From an uncultured Desulfatitalea sp. (GTDB lineage: Bacteria > Desulfobacterota > Desulfobacteria > Desulfobacterales > Desulfosarcinaceae): a stretch of 64,000 nucleotides of DNA. Location of the stretch: positions 544,001 to 608,000 of the forward strand of contig CAXXMB010000002.1 in assembly GCA_963668675.2 (NCBI GenBank). Direction: 5' to 3'. Shown in pieces: positions 63,946-64,000 of the stretch. How positions within the stretch are numbered: the first letter of the stretch is position 1; each line of letters begins with the position of its first letter. The position numbers were made by a program, and so were the translations under genes. The notes beneath the pieces are model-generated. The model was not told the origin of the DNA. It was given only the letters and a program-made list of their open reading frames with translations, and did no database searches.

Positions 63946-64000
63946 ATGCCCTCCCACCCCCATACGTTTCATATTCCGGTCATGGGAACCGGATTCAGCA
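63946..64000 (+). CDS. Conserved hypothetical protein (3' partial)
   Basis: AAGGCGG RBS-like, ATG 63946: MPSHPHTFHIPVMGTGFS; 'HTFHIPVMG.GF' recalled as a conserved N-terminus; only 18 codons visible. Confidence 0.55.
   Translation, partial: MPSHPHTFHIPVMGTGFS

Overview
A 64-kb chromosomal window from an anaerobic, probably sulfate-reducing Desulfobacterota bacterium (Desulfobacterales-like; inferred from dsrC, hdr-flx, ahbA, ldhH and a PFOR with a C-terminal Cys pair). It is mostly energy metabolism and transport: a TAXI-TRAP transporter, mgtE with a DUF1538 pair and P-II, a cytochrome b / Rieske / octaheme-TPR operon, oxidative-stress genes, an hdrA(L)-flxDCBA-dsrC cluster, PFOR, a lactate dehydrogenase cluster, an accessory block (RimK-like ligase triad, diadenylate cyclase fusion, argP/argO, decayed elements), ADP-forming acyl-CoA ligase with a CoA-transferase-GNAT fusion, fumarase and comEC. 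The ORF track misses three genes that read through an in-frame TGA at a conserved Cys position, each followed by a SECIS-like hairpin (Bcp, giant HdrA/HdrL, FlxD/MvhD), so they are selenoproteins rather than pseudogenes. Other points of interest: the hdr-flx-dsrC cluster has no hdrBC, the Rieske/cyt b complex is atypical, two sensor proteins lack the kinase ATPase domain, a CoA-transferase domain with Glu->Gln is fused to GNAT, an IS110-like remnant keeps a structured leader, and there are MITE-like palindromes. No rRNA, tRNA or CRISPR array was seen. All calls come from reading the sequence; no database searches were run.
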